64,000 nt of DNA from Eledone cirrhosa (GCA_964016885.1 OZ024740.1:213528001-213592000), one strand, 5' to 3'; positions 1 to 15,829 are shown, numbered from the stretch's first letter. A program made the numbers and translations. Notes: generated from the sequence alone by a model not told the origin.

Positions 1-629
1 ATTTATGCTTTGTCGTTCACGTATATTACTGTTACACATCCATCGGAGCATGCAGGCTTCGTTTCTCTCTAATCTACGTAAGTCTTCCACCTTCAGCGCC
101 CAGGTCTCACTACCATGCAACATCGCTGTTCGGATACACGCATCATACAGTCTGCCTTTCATTCTGAGGGAGAAGCCTTTTGCAGCTAGCAGTGGTAGTA
201 GTTCCCTAAACTTCTTCCATCCCGTTCTTACCCTAGTTATTGTACTTTCTGAGCACCCACCTCCGTTGCTAATTCGGTCACCTAGGTAGCAGAAGCTGTC
301 TACTGTTTCTACAGGGCCCTCCCAGAGATTGGTGGTACTTGTTTCCTGTGGCTGTTTGCTTGCTGTTTCAGCACAGCTGCTGCATGTGAATCCTACATTC
401 TTAATTAAGCTTCCTGAGATCCCGCTACATCTCTTGTGTACCCATTGTTTGCATTTGGGGCAAAGAATGGAGTTCCTACCTACACCTTTCCTACATACTG
501 AGCAAGGCCATTTCCCTGAGGGGATCTGGGTTCTGTTTTCTCGTCTACTTATAAGGACCTTAGTCTTTGTCATGTTGACTTTGAGGCCCTTTCTCTCTAG
601 TCCCTGCTTCCAGGTTTGGAATTTATTTG
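1..629 (-). mobile_element. RTE-clade LINE fragment (RT C-terminal region with Cys/His finger), runs off the window start
   Basis: Reverse complement is nearly identical to 31171-31799, which translates to WPCSVCRKGVGRNSILCPKC...FCYLGD...LHGSETW. Confidence 0.92.
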
Positions 630-764
630 TATATATGTATATATGTGTTTGTGTGTGTGTGTATGTATGTGTATGTATGTGTGTGCATATGTATGTATGT
701 GTATGTATAGTATAGTTTATACCGAGAGACATACATACATGTAGGTGTGTATATATATATATGT

Positions 765-798
<34 letters not shown>

Positions 799-811
799 AT
801 GCGCACGTGTG

Positions 812-852
<41 letters not shown>

Positions 853-983
853 ATGTGTATGCGTGTGTGTATATTTGTGTGTTTGTGTTTTTTCTTGTGT
901 ATATATGTATATATGTGTTTGTATGTATGTGTGTGTGTGTGTGTATATGTATGTGTGTGTATGTGTATATATATATATATATT

Positions 984-1168
984 GCACTCAATGCTCCTTT
1001 GGGAGCCCCTACATGGACACACTAGAAGAGGAAGACCAAGGTTAACATATGTTGATGCCCTAAGGACAGACACTGGTCTGTTGGAGATGCAGGATATGGC
1101 AGCGATAATGAGGGACAGAGACCGCTGGAGAGAACTCGTCCATGGATCTCGGGAATTTTACCCGCCTT

Positions 1169-1170
<2 letters not shown>
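984..1170 (+). mobile_element. 3' fragment of a distinct non-LTR retrotransposon ORF
   Basis: [29 protein letters not shown]...[11 protein letters not shown], a typical LINE RT C-terminus, sitting between (TA)n arrays. Confidence 0.7.
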
Positions 1171-1220
<50 letters not shown>

Positions 1221-1302
1221 ATATGTGTGTATGTGTGTGTATATATATATATGTGTGTGTATGTGTAGGTATGCACACATATATGTATATATATATATAT
1301 AT

Positions 1303-1582
1303 TTGATCATGCTTTTATATTTAAATTTATTTCATTCCTTGTATTTTGATCATGCTTTATTTTTATTTTTATTTTTTTCATTCGCACCGTTTCCTTTCGC
1401 TATATGTCTCTCCACCACTCCCCTACACACCCTTTGAACTCTGTTCCCACACACTTCTCACCTGAGGAATGGCTTATGCCCGAAACGTCGTCCCCCACCA
1501 ACACCCCACTCTCCAGAGCGTGAAATTAATAAACATTCGTTGTACTGCCTCTCTGTTTTGTCCCTGTTCAAATTTTTCCATT
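1303..1582 (+). mobile_element. Dispersed ~280-bp repeat with a hammerhead-like core (Penelope pLTR-like); second copy at 11205-11498
   Basis: Near-identical to 11205-11498; contains CTGAGGA-ATGGCTTATGCCC-GAAA-CGTC at 1462-1489. Confidence 0.6.
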
Positions 1583-1585
1583 ATA

Positions 1586-1684
<99 letters not shown>

Positions 1685-2125
1685 ATATATATGTATATAT
1701 ATATATGTGTGTGTAAGTGTTTTTGTATGTGGTTGTGAGTATGTAAATATATTTTATTCTTTCCATTCTGCAAAAACACTCTGGCCACCTGTGGCTTGTA
1801 TGTTAACTTGACCACTCACCCCAGTCTGTGCCATGATTCTGTCTTGTTTAATGTTTAATTTCTATTACCAACCCACCTAAAAAAAAAATTTCCCTACTAT
1901 ATATCTGTGGATTTACTATTCTTGGGGTTTTTATTTATTTATTTTTTTATTTATTTTATTTATTTATTTATTCATTTATCTATTTATTCATTTATTTATT
2001 TATTTATCTCAAAAAAGCACTCTGGCTAATTCATATTGTGGTCCTGTGTATCTAAATACCATCCTACCCCCCACCCCCCCATACCACTACCTAAATGTAT
2101 AAATACCAGAACTTAATATGACACC

Positions 2126-2262
2126 CAGCTTCCTGAAGATTTCATCTGAATGAAACAGTACTAGTCCCGTAGAAGCTCCTTCTATAAAATAAAAAATGTT
2201 TACTCTGCCATGTATTGAGTACCTTACTTACTGTGGTTATCCCCAACTCAACCCGGGACCTA
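2126..2262 (+). mobile_element. Short repeat with a hammerhead-like core, same family as 25259-25390 and 25471-25600
   Basis: CTGAAGA-T-TTC ATCT GAA-T-GAAAC-AGTACTA-GTC, followed by the shared downstream block atgtattgagtac...ttactgtggtta. Confidence 0.55.
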
Positions 2263-2285
2263 CGTATATATATATATATATATAT

Positions 2286-2951
2286 ATGGTGGCTGCCAAC
2301 TCGTTTTCGAGTACGGCCACTACTTTATATCCATGTAGGAGAACCCCTACTGATGCGCTGAACGAGTGTGACCCTCCAGTCCAGCCAGCGACTTGAAAGC
2401 TCTGGTACAAACACTACACTTGTGACAATTATTGACACATAGTGCTGGGCCCATGGTACCATGTGACGACAAATGCAGAGAGATCTCCAGATATAAAGCA
2501 ATGCCTGTGCCGTGAAGCTTTTATAGTGAGCAAAGGCACTGCACAAAGCCAGTCCCACTCTCTTAACCAAGATGATATTTACCAAAAAGAAGAACAAGTC
2601 AACATCATTGGATACCATCAGGGTTGCAGGTGTTATATCAGAGTCTTCCTTCTCCTAGAATTCTGCCTTGACAAAGGCTAAGGGGTCATCTCTCCCGGTG
2701 ATTTTGGATGGCCATTGACTCTTAAGAGCTCCTTTGCCTTTTGACAGGTTTTGTTTTTAGTCCTGCAGGATGTCCAAAGCCACCCTCCTCACCAAGAAAC
2801 CTTGGTGGGGTTGCCAGTTTAGTCGCCAACGACCCGACCATGGGACAGGTTGTACTGGAATACATGAATACTCGCCCAGCGCACCAGCAGGGGCCCCCCC
2901 ACATGGACACAAAGCAGTGGCCGCACCCGAAAACGAGCCGGCAGCCACCAT
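2286..2951. mobile_element. Element bounded by 82-bp inverted repeats, one arm A-to-G hypermutated; interior resembles a LINE 5' UTR on the - strand
   Basis: 2286-2367 versus the reverse complement of 2870-2951: 15 mismatches, all A/G; flanked by (TA)n-type arrays. Confidence 0.75.
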
Positions 2952-3249
2952 GCACATACATATATATGTATATATATACACATGTACACACACATATATG
3001 TATATACACACATATGTATATATATATATATGCACACATACACATACACACACACATACATACATATATACATACACACATACACACACATATACATATA
3101 CATATATATACATATATATATATATACATATATACATATACATATATATACACACACACATACATATATATATACATACATATATACATACATATATATA
3201 CATATATATATATATACATATATATACACACATATATATACATATACAT

Positions 3250-3485
3250 CTTTTTCTTCCTCTATTACTAATATAAATACTTCAATTTTTCTGATTTTAT
3301 CCAATTTATCCAAAATCTCTGAAGAAGTGACAACTGATTATACATTTGCTATCGAATACTTGCTAACATTATATGATTACACAAGCAGCGATACATAGGT
3401 ATTCCGTCTGTTACAGAAACATATGTCAATACCTAATAAATTCCTTTTTTAAAAAAAGCACTTTCATTTTATATTCATCCTTTCT
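3250..3485 (+). repeat. ~235-bp direct repeat (copy 1) with a long-stem-II hammerhead-like core
   Basis: Near-identical to 4492-4727; CTGAAGA at 3319, GTGACA...TGTTAC stem, GAAA-CATATG-TC at 3416-3427. Confidence 0.7.
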
Positions 3486-3588
3486 ACATTTTCTCCGGAA
3501 TATAATTTATACTCGTTGAGCAAACCTGCACGTACGCTGCTCATCTCTAACGTAACGATATATTATCACTACATTATTGATAACCTGA

Positions 3589-3637
<49 letters not shown>

Positions 3638-3786
3638 TATATATATACATACATACACACACATATATACACATATACATATAAATATACACATATAGAA
3701 ACATATACAAACACATCTACAGAAATACACATATATGCACATATACAAAATACATAAAAACACATACACAAATATATATATATACG

Positions 3787-3830
<44 letters not shown>

Positions 3831-3875
3831 TTATATATATATATACATACACACTTATATATATACACATACACA

Positions 3876-4266
<391 letters not shown>

Positions 4267-4305
4267 TATATATATATATATATACATATATATACATATA
4301 TATAA

Positions 4306-4388
<83 letters not shown>

Positions 4389-4395
4389 CATATAT

Positions 4396-4449
<54 letters not shown>

Positions 4450-4491
4450 GTTTACCAGCAAATTGAATTGCCATCTGTTATATACTATCCC

Positions 4492-4727
4492 TTCTCTTCT
4501 TCCTTTCTTACGACTAATATAAATACTTTGATTTTTCTGATTTTTTCCAATTTATCCAATATCTCTGAAGAAGTGACAACTGATTGTACATTTGCTATCG
4601 AATACTTGCTAACATTATATGATTACGCAAGCAGCGATACATAGGTATTCCGTCTGTTACAGAAACATATGTCAATACCTAATAAATTCCTTTATAAAAG
4701 CACTTTCATTTTATATTCATCTTTTCT
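4492..4727 (+). repeat. ~235-bp direct repeat (copy 2) with a hammerhead-like core
   Basis: Near-identical to 3250-3485; core at 4565-4673. Confidence 0.7.
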
Positions 4728-4749
4728 ATATATATATATATATATATAT

Positions 4750-4815
<66 letters not shown>

Positions 4816-5061
4816 GGAAAAAATGAAACGAAATTTCATTTCTCACTCTTAGTACGGCTGTTACTTAAATATAAGTATGTATGCAGATGTACAGTAGTAT
4901 GTATATATATATATACATACATGCACACAAATATATATGTATGTATGGATTCACCGAACATTTATTATAATGCTCGGTGTGTTTGTAAACAAACATCCCA
5001 AATTAAGCCGTACAGTGTCTAGCAACCATCGTTGCTCATTTGTTCAACACTGAAAAAGGAA

Positions 5062-5102
5062 CTCTGTACTAGTTTCAAGCTTATTAGCTATCGTCAGCAA
5101 CG
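5062..5102 (-). ncRNA. Minimal type-I hammerhead ribozyme motif
   Basis: Minus strand reads CGTTG-CTGACGA-T-AGCT AATA AGCT-T-GAAA-CTAG-TA-CAGAG; palindromic stem III ACTAGT, GUA site, weak stem I. Confidence 0.6.
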
Positions 5103-5298
5103 TATGCCTTCCTGCCAGATGATTGAACGTCTGAAAGTATATACTTTCTTTATGCATATTAACGGCTGAGCAGCCTAATTTGCATATCGAGTGAGTTAAT
5201 CGAATCCATACGTACATATATATATGTGTGCATGTATGTATATATATATATACATACTACTGCACGTCTGTATACATATATGCATGTATGTATACATA

Positions 5299-7371
<2,073 letters not shown>

Positions 7372-7414
7372 ACATGCATACATACATACATATACATACA
7401 TATACACATATAGA

Positions 7415-7548
<134 letters not shown>

Positions 7549-7603
7549 AAATATTAAACAAATAATGAATAAACAATTCCTTATATTAAACAAAAAAAGT
7601 TCA

Positions 7604-7749
7604 TTATTTAACGATCGTTTCTAGGATATATATGTGTTAGAGTTGGCATGCATATTCAACAGATCTATGTACAAAATTATACAAAATTATACAAACTATC
7701 AAGATTAAATATACATACCAACACATATATACGCCGTCTTCAGAAATAA
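7604..7749 (-). ncRNA. Type-I hammerhead motif with extended stem II
   Basis: TTATTT-CTGAAGA-[14-bp stem TATATATGTGTTGG/CTAACACATATATA plus insert]-GAAA-CGATCG-TT-AAATAA; 6-bp stem I, palindromic ACGATCGT. Confidence 0.65.
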
Positions 7750-7790
7750 AGATATATAATAGATATATATATATAGATAATAATAATAAT

Positions 7791-7873
<83 letters not shown>

Positions 7874-7934
7874 TATATACATACACATATATATACATAT
7901 ACACACATACATATATACATATATACATATATAT

Positions 7935-10355
7935 TTGCAACACAAACTTCCAGAAACCTGCCAATCACCTAATAACCTACAAATCTGGCGAGCACATAAG
8001 CCAGATTGACTTCTTACTAGTTAGGCAGCGGGACAGGCAGATAGTGTCTAACACCAAGGCATACCCTGGGGAAGAATGTACCCCACAGCATAGGTTAGTC
8101 ATTAGTGTTATCTCAGTAAGCAAGAGATGGAATGAAACATACAGGAAGGTGTGGAGAAGAAAGGTCTGGAAACAAAAAGACCTTTCACTAAAATACAAAT
8201 TTAGGAAAGCCCTTCAAGATGTGTATGACGAAAAAGAAGACGTTTTAGAGACGTATGACATAGATAATAACTGGAATTTCTTACGTGACAACTTGCTGCA
8301 GGCTACTGATGAAACTTGTGGCTGGAGCAGAGCTCCAACCAGACAGAGAGTGACCTGGTGGTGGAACAGCACAGTAGATAAGGCCATTAGAGACAAAAGA
8401 CTAGCATGGAAGGCTTGGAAAAAGGGTGGGAGTAGGGAAGAATATACAGCCGCTAAGAGAGAAGTTAGACGTCAGGTGTACTTAACATGCAGGGAGGCTG
8501 AGAGTAGGAGGTTTGCCAATGTTCTGCGACGGGAAAATCAGAGGTGTGCGGTGTTCCACATTGCAAGGCAGTGTGTCAATGCAAATCAGGATGTTGTTGG
8601 AGATAAATGTGTCCGGGATGATCCCGGTGTACTTAGTGTCACGAATGATCAGAAAAAGAAGGCCTGGAAATGTCATTATGAGAGACTGATGAATGTGGAG
8701 AACGAATGGGAGAGAGAGAAATTACCCTTAGTAGATCCGACAGAGGGACCAGCTATTGAGATTGACGAATATAGGGTCTAAGAGGCGATTAAGGAAATGA
8801 AAAATGGTAAGGCTGCTGGACCATCGGGAATAGTTGCTGAGATGCTGAAGGCATCAGGGGACGTAGGCACTAAACTGGTTGCACGCATCATCAATCAGGC
8901 TATATTTGGTGGTGTCATACCCAAAGACTGGTGCAGCAGTATTCTCATAAATTGCTACAAAGGTAAAGGGGATGCTCTGGAGAGGAGCAATTATAGGGGT
9001 ATAAAACTGATGGATCAGGTTATGAAAGTGGCAGAAAGGATATTAGCACAACTAATTAGAGAAAGGGTCAAACTAGATGAGATACAGTTTGGTTTTGTGC
9101 CTGGGAAGAGTACAACAGATGCCCTCTTCTTGGTGAGACAATTGCAAGAGAGGTTCTTAGAGAAAAATAAGCCACTATACTTAGCCTTTGTTGACCTAGA
9201 GAAGGCCTTTGTTAGGGTACCCCGATCTGTCATCTGGTGGTCCATAAGGAAACTAGGTGTTGAGGAATGGCTTGTGAGGACAGTGCAAACTTTGTACTGA
9301 GGTACTGTCAGTAAAGTCAGTACAAGTAGGAGTACATCAAGGTTCGGTCCTCAGCCCGCTCTTGCTCATTATAGTCCTCCAAGCTATAACAGAGGAGTTT
9401 AAGACTGGCTGTCCATGGGAACTCCTCTATGCTGACGATCTGGTTCTTATAGCAGAATCAGTAGAGGAGCTAGAGAATAAATTCTGGCTATGGAAACAGC
9501 AGTTGGAAGCAAGAGGACTGAGAGTGAACCTAGCTAAAACAAAAGTGTTTATGAGTAGAAAAGAGGACAAAACTCTGATTCCGTCAGGGAAGTGGCCATG
9601 TTCGATATGCAGAAAAGGAACTGGCATAAATTCTATAAAATACACACAATGCAGATCCTGGGTACACACAAGAGATGTAGCAGCATAGCAGGCAAACTAA
9701 CAGGTAGGGAGAAATATGTATGCAGTAGATGTACAGGGAAATTAGACAGTACAAGTCGCATTGATAGACACATTTTTCAAATGCAGGAGGGTGCTATAGA
9801 AGTGGTGGATAGCTTCCGGTACCTAGGAGATCAGATTAGCATGGGAGGAGGGTGTTCCGAGGCCATAGTATCTAGAATAAGGACGGGTTGGAAGAAGTTT
9901 AGGGAGTTGCTTCCTCTGTTGACGAAGAAGGGTTTCTCCTTGCGTTCGAAAGGGCGGTTGTATGATGCCTGTGTGAGGAGTGCGATGCTGCATGGTAGTG
10001 AGACGTGGGCAGCAACTGCAGAGGATGTGCGACGGCTGGAGAGAAATGAGGCAAGCATGCTCCGTTGGATGTGCAGTGTAAATGTGCGTGAACGACCCAG
10101 CATGAATGTGTTGAGAGAGAAACTGTGTCTGAGAGGGATAGAATGTAGTGTACGGGAGAGGAGATTGAGGTGGTATGGACATGTGATGCGCATGGAGGAT
10201 GACCGATGGGTGAAGAAGTGCCAGGAAATGCCAGTTGAAGGAAGACGTGGTAGATGTAGACCACGAAAAACATGGGCGGAGGTGGTGAGAACAGACATCA
10301 GATCGTTGAAGCTCACGGTGGAGATGACGTAAAGTGATGATGATGATGATGATGA
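7935..10355 (+). mobile_element. Degenerate RTE LINE of a second subfamily (end of AP endonuclease, RT, finger)
   Basis: SQIDFLL, QHRLV, KAAGPSGI, YADD, FRYLGD, LHGSETW motifs; frameshifts and stops; (ATG)n tail directly after the ORF. Confidence 0.93.
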
Positions 10356-11204
10356 TACATATACATATATACATATACACACATATATACACACATACGC
10401 ACATCCAACTACACACACACAGTACACCACACTCCCTCCATAGAACCACACACACCCTTCTCTCCCCGCTCCACCCACACGCTCGCTCAACACTCACTCA
10501 TCCCACTAACACCCCTACTAATACACACACACCCACCCTCTTCACTCCAACTTTCACACCTACCCATCCTCGCCCCTTTACCATTCCACCGACTGCTGCT
10601 TTGCCCTCTGACCACCTCCCAGCACAAACAGACCACAGCACTCCCACTGCTGACCACTTCCTGTTGCGCGCGCACCCCACATCTCTCCTCTTCCGATCAT
10701 CGCTTCATGGAATACCCACACGCAGAAATTGACCAGCCACCAATCCACTAAACATCTTCGGAATTTACCAGCTTTTCAACCATCCTCTTACGTAACCACC
10801 TATATAACTCACCCACACATACACCCCAGAAAAATTTTTTTTCTCCACACGCCACCTACACCCACAACACGCTTAAACCCCACACACGTGCTTTCCACCA
10901 CATATCTAAACCCTCAGCCTCCTGATTCCTCTCCCCCCACCCCTCTATCCACACACGCACAGACACTCCGACCCACAAACTCCCCCCCCCCACACCTCTT
11001 CCTGAACATGCAACCCCGTTCTTCCCCCAACCCTTACTTTCACATACACACACACACACACGCACGCACAACTACACACACACACCACCTTCAGCCCTCC
11101 CCGCTCGGACACCCCGTCTCCCTCTCCCCACTCCACCCGCCACCACCCCTACACACCACACACCCTTACACCACCTGTTTAACTCCCTTTTAATTTCAGT
11201 TTAT

Positions 11205-11603
<399 letters not shown>

Positions 11604-11632
11604 CTATATATATAACTATATGACTATATATA

Positions 11633-12720
11633 TAACTAAGAACATAGATTTTACATGTGGCCGGTGCTCTGGTGCAATAAGTAGCAGCAAGTGCCCACAA
11701 AATACTAGCTCTTTCAATTGCGCAGAGGGTTCTATAGAAATAGTGGACAGCTTCCGTTACCTGGGCGATAAAATCAGCAGTGGGGGAGGGTGCTCTGAAA
11801 GTACTGTAGCTAGAGTCAGAACTGGTTGGAAAAAGTTCAGAGAGCTTATACCACTATTAGCTGCTAAAGGGTTCTCCCTAAAAATGAAAGGCAGGTTGTA
11901 CGATGCCTGCATACGAACAGCAATGCTGCATGGCAGTGAGACCTGGGCATTGTGTGCAGAGGATATACGCAGACTAGAGAGGAACGAAGCTTGCATGCTC
12001 CGCTGGATGTGTAACAGTAATATACGTGAACGGCAAAGCATAAACGAACTAAGGAAAAAATTAGAGATAAGAGGGATCAGATGTTGTTTACTCGAGAGAA
12101 GGCTACGTTGGTATGGACACGTGATGCGCATGAAAGTCGATAGCTGTATAACAAAGTGCAGGGCAATAAAGATAGACGGTAGTCACGGAATAGGCAGACC
12201 TAGAAAAACCTGGGACGAGCTGATAAACTCCGACATCACACACTTACACCTCTCCAAGACAATGTCACTGGACCGAGACCTTTGGCGGTACTCAGTAACA
12301 GAGAAGACCCGCCTTACCTAAATATATAGTAAAACCTACGCCAGCCAGTAGGCATCTCTAACAAAATACACCCTGTCCCACCACCATCACCCCCACCCCA
12401 TCCACACCACCCCGTTCTATGTAAAGCTATGTTGGTGCCGCGCCATCGAGGCCGAAACAAATGAGATCGTGTAGGTGTCACGACAAAAAAACACACAGTC
12501 CACGCTGTAATGTGGCCGTGTAGGCAACACGGTAAAAACCTCCCAGACCCACACTGTAAATGTGGTTGGTGTTAGGAAGGGCATCCAACTGTAGAAAACC
12601 TGCCAGACAGTCCTATGCGAGCAAGACAATCACTCTTGCCTCAAGTGGGACTACCCCCGTCCAAACCCATGCAAGCGTGGAACACGGACGTTAAACGTTG
12701 ATGATGATGATGATGATGAT
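11633..12720 (+). mobile_element. RTE LINE 3' fragment with open RT C-terminus and full 3' UTR
   Basis: [11 protein letters not shown]...FRYLGD...GRPRKTW...EKTRLT, then UTR and (ATG)n. Confidence 0.92.
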
Positions 12721-13013
12721 ATATATACATATACACATACATACACATATACACATATACACATATATACACATATATACACATATATACATATATATAT
12801 ATATATACATATACATACACATATATATACACACATATATATACACATATATACATATATATACATATATATATACATATATATACATATATACATATAC
12901 ATATATACATATACATATACACTTATACACACATATACACATACATACATCTATATATATCATCATCATCATCATCATCGTTTAACGTCCATCTTCCATG
13001 CTAGCATGGGTTT

Positions 13014-13072
<59 letters not shown>

Positions 13073-13075
13073 TAC

Positions 13076-13159
<84 letters not shown>

Positions 13160-13273
13160 ATACACATATATACATATACACATACATATACACATATATA
13201 TACATATATACACATATGTACACATATATATACACACACACACACATACACATATAATATATATATATATATA

Positions 13274-14342
13274 CAGGGTATAGACGATATTTGTTCGCAA
13301 TTTTCAACTGCTAATTTTATGCAAAATTTTTTTACTTCCTTTGTCACTCTTGTCTTCATAAAAACAGTGACTATATTTCCATTATTATTTGATTATGAAT
13401 ACGGTGGATTGGTAGTATCGGTAGAGGGTCGGACACCATGTTTTGATGCATAGAGTTACGGCCCTTTCCAATCTGAGTTCAAATCCCGCCGAGGTTTACT
13501 TTGCCTTTCATCCTTACGGGGTCGATAAAATAAAGTACCAGTAAAACACTGGGTAATTGTTGGCCTTGTGCCAAAAGTAGAAACAATTATTTGATTATGA
13601 ATAATTTTGAACCTCCAAATTTGTGGAAGAGACATGGAGTTCTTCTTGGAATCCGCGCCAGGAGGACAAATAAGACTAGAAGATCAACTCCAAGAACAAC
13701 AAGCATCCAAAGACGTGCCCAGAGTCATGCAGACAAAGTTTCCAGCGACAACATTGGTCTTAAGTGTCGTCAACAGTCAAGGTGACATCATGGCACCTCA
13801 CTTCTTCCCTGAGGTCCTCAAGCTGAACACCGATGGCTACATCCGCGTTCTGAGCGAGGTAGTAAAGCCCTGAATCGACCAGGTATCTGCAGGTAGGCCG
13901 TACGTGTGGCAGCAAGATTCAGCGCCCTGCCATACCAGCCGAAAGACCCAAGCCTGGCTGTCAGAGAACTTCGTCGACCACACTTCACCTGACATCTGGC
14001 CTTCCAGCTCGCCTGACTGCAACTCCCTCAACTTCTTTGCGTGGGGCGCAGTGGAACGAGACACCAACAGATCTAGCTGTAATACGAAAGACGATCTGAA
14101 GGCCAGGATCACAAGTGCCTTTAGGGGCCTAAGTCGGGGAACAGTGACGAAGGCCTGTAGCTGGTTCCAAGGCCGCCTTGAGGCCGTCATCAAAGCCAAT
14201 GGCGGGTTTATCGAGTGAGATCGAAAGAACAAGTCATGAAGACAAACTGATGCAAGTTTGATAAATAAATCTTAAAAAATAAAACTACTGTGTTACTCAT
14301 TCCTAGACAGTAATCTTGCGAACAAATATCGTCCGCACCCTG
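13274..14342 (+). mobile_element. Tc1/mariner-superfamily DNA transposon relic, internally deleted
   Basis: TIRs CAGGGT..GACGATATTTGTTCGCAA at both ends, flanked by TA; transposase motifs WQQDSAPCH and WPSSSPDCN.LN; in-frame stop at 13871. Confidence 0.9.
13402..13585 (+). mobile_element. tRNA-derived SINE nested in the mariner, with an 18-bp TSD
   Basis: B-box-like gagttcaaatcc; core gcctttcatccttacggggtcgataaaa; TSD attatttgattatgaata at 13384-13401 and 13586-13603. Confidence 0.85.
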
Positions 14343-14467
14343 TATATATATATCATCATCGTTTAACGTCCATCTTCCATGCTTGCATATATATATATAT
14401 TAAAATACAAATATTAATATAATGATGTTCTTTTGATCAATTACATTTTATTATATATATATATATA

Positions 14468-14723
14468 TATTGTTATACTTTGGGAGGGTCATGTTGCCAA
14501 TAAGAAACACACGCACCAGTTGCTTTCACTTCAATTTATTATAATACATTTATAAATTTAGGAATTTATAAATTTCCGGTTGGTTGGTTGGTTCCCAAAC
14601 CAGATGGTTGTTTATATATTGTCAAAGTTCTCTCGTCACACATTCTGTAACCTCTTCAGTCACTGGGGATTCTTTTCTTTGTTTTTGTGCCTCTCCTTTG
14701 TTCTGTCCTACGCCATCTTGTTT
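14468..14723 (-). mobile_element. Non-autonomous pLTR-like element with a decayed hammerhead (GAAA to GAGA)
   Basis: Inverted near-copy of 17190-17451; core at 14620-14664. Confidence 0.7.
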
Positions 14724-14724
14724 C

Positions 14725-14782
<58 letters not shown>

Positions 14783-14789
<7 letters not shown>

Positions 14790-15552
14790 ATACTTGGCGA
14801 GGGTCATATTTGTGTAATAATATTGCCAGAATTAATAACATAACACACTCACTGTTTGGTTGGTTTTCGCTTCTGTGTCTTTTATATCGGTTAATTTAAT
14901 TTATTCGGTCCTCAATGTTACCATTGACTGACCAATGGTCAAAAATACAGATATAATATAGACACAAACACATATATATATAGTCTAACAAAGTTCTTTC
15001 ATTGCACATCTGCAACATCGTCAGTGGTGTTATTATGTTTCCTCCTTTTGTATTGTACGCCATCTTTATTTAGTCTGTTTATTTATTTATTTATTTTTTT
15101 TTGTTGTCTTCTCTGTGCATGCGTTTGCGTGTATGTATAGTGTTTGATGTGTGTTCGTGTTTGGGTGACTGTGTATTGGTTATTGTATTCTATCTTAGTT
15201 TACTAGTATGTGTTTATATGTGTTTGTTGTTATTGTGCTTGTGCATGTATTTATTTATTTATACTTCTCTTAGGTCAGTATTGTTTGTTTGGGTGTAGTT
15301 GTTATTCCATTCATTTTTTCTGTTTAGCCTTGGCCTTCTAAGTTCTATTTCACTGGCCTCTCTGAGTTGCCTATCTGCTGGGTCATTTCTATGTTTAGAT
15401 ATTATTCTAATTTCTATGTTGTCTATGTTACCGTCGTGTTGTTGTCTGACATGTTTGTATAGTACTGAAACCAACCAAACAGTGAGTGTGTTCTGTTATT
15501 AATTCTGGCAATATTATGACACAAATATGACCCTCCCCAAGTATAACAATAT
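14783..15552 (-). mobile_element. 5'-truncated Penelope-like retroelement: GIY-YIG C-terminus, pLTR with hammerhead, inverted terminal duplication
   Basis: SVLYKHVRQQH...RQLREASEI...PRLNRKNEW (15300-15470, - strand); hammerhead at 14986-15030; ~85-bp inverted repeats at 14783-14868 and 15467-15552. Confidence 0.78.
14986..15030 (-). ncRNA. Minimal hammerhead motif in the Penelope pLTR
   Basis: CA-CTGACGA-T-GTTGCA GATG TGCAAT-GAAA-GAAC-TT-TG; short stem I. Confidence 0.65.
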
Positions 15553-15592
15553 TTGTTTCGACACACAATTTCATATCAAAAACTTCGCAAAA

Positions 15593-15655
<63 letters not shown>

Positions 15656-15722
15656 CAGCCTCGCTTTCAATTGTCCTTGACTCTGTTTTGAAATCCATAT
15701 CTCACTTCCATTTTAAATAAAA

Positions 15723-15793
15723 TTCATTCTGATGATTGAAGGCAGACGTCTGTGCCAAGTTCGTCTGTCTTTGTGAAACCTTTGGTAAATGAA
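15723..15793 (+). ncRNA. Type-I hammerhead ribozyme motif
   Basis: TTCATT-CTGATGA-TT-GAAGGCAGACG...CGTCTGTCTTT-GT-GAAA-CC TTT GG-TA-AATGAA; GUA site, predicted cut after 15787. Confidence 0.75.
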
Positions 15794-15829
15794 ATAATTA
15801 TCTTATGTTGTTTATTACATAAATATATA

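Noticed and set aside
2814-2860. HDV-like ribozyme on the - strand (CCAGT...GGG TCG TTGG CGA CTAA ACTGG)
   Set aside because: P2, P4 and J4/2-like parts are present, but I could not build a convincing P1 or a normal L3; needs a covariance-model search
8306-9440. CTGATGA/CTGACGA words at about 8306, 8686 and 9432
   Set aside because: They lie within RTE coding sequence (e.g. the YADD codons) and lack hammerhead stems
10334-11193. His/Thr/Pro-rich ORFs
   Set aside because: Low-complexity CA-rich sequence with no recognisable domain
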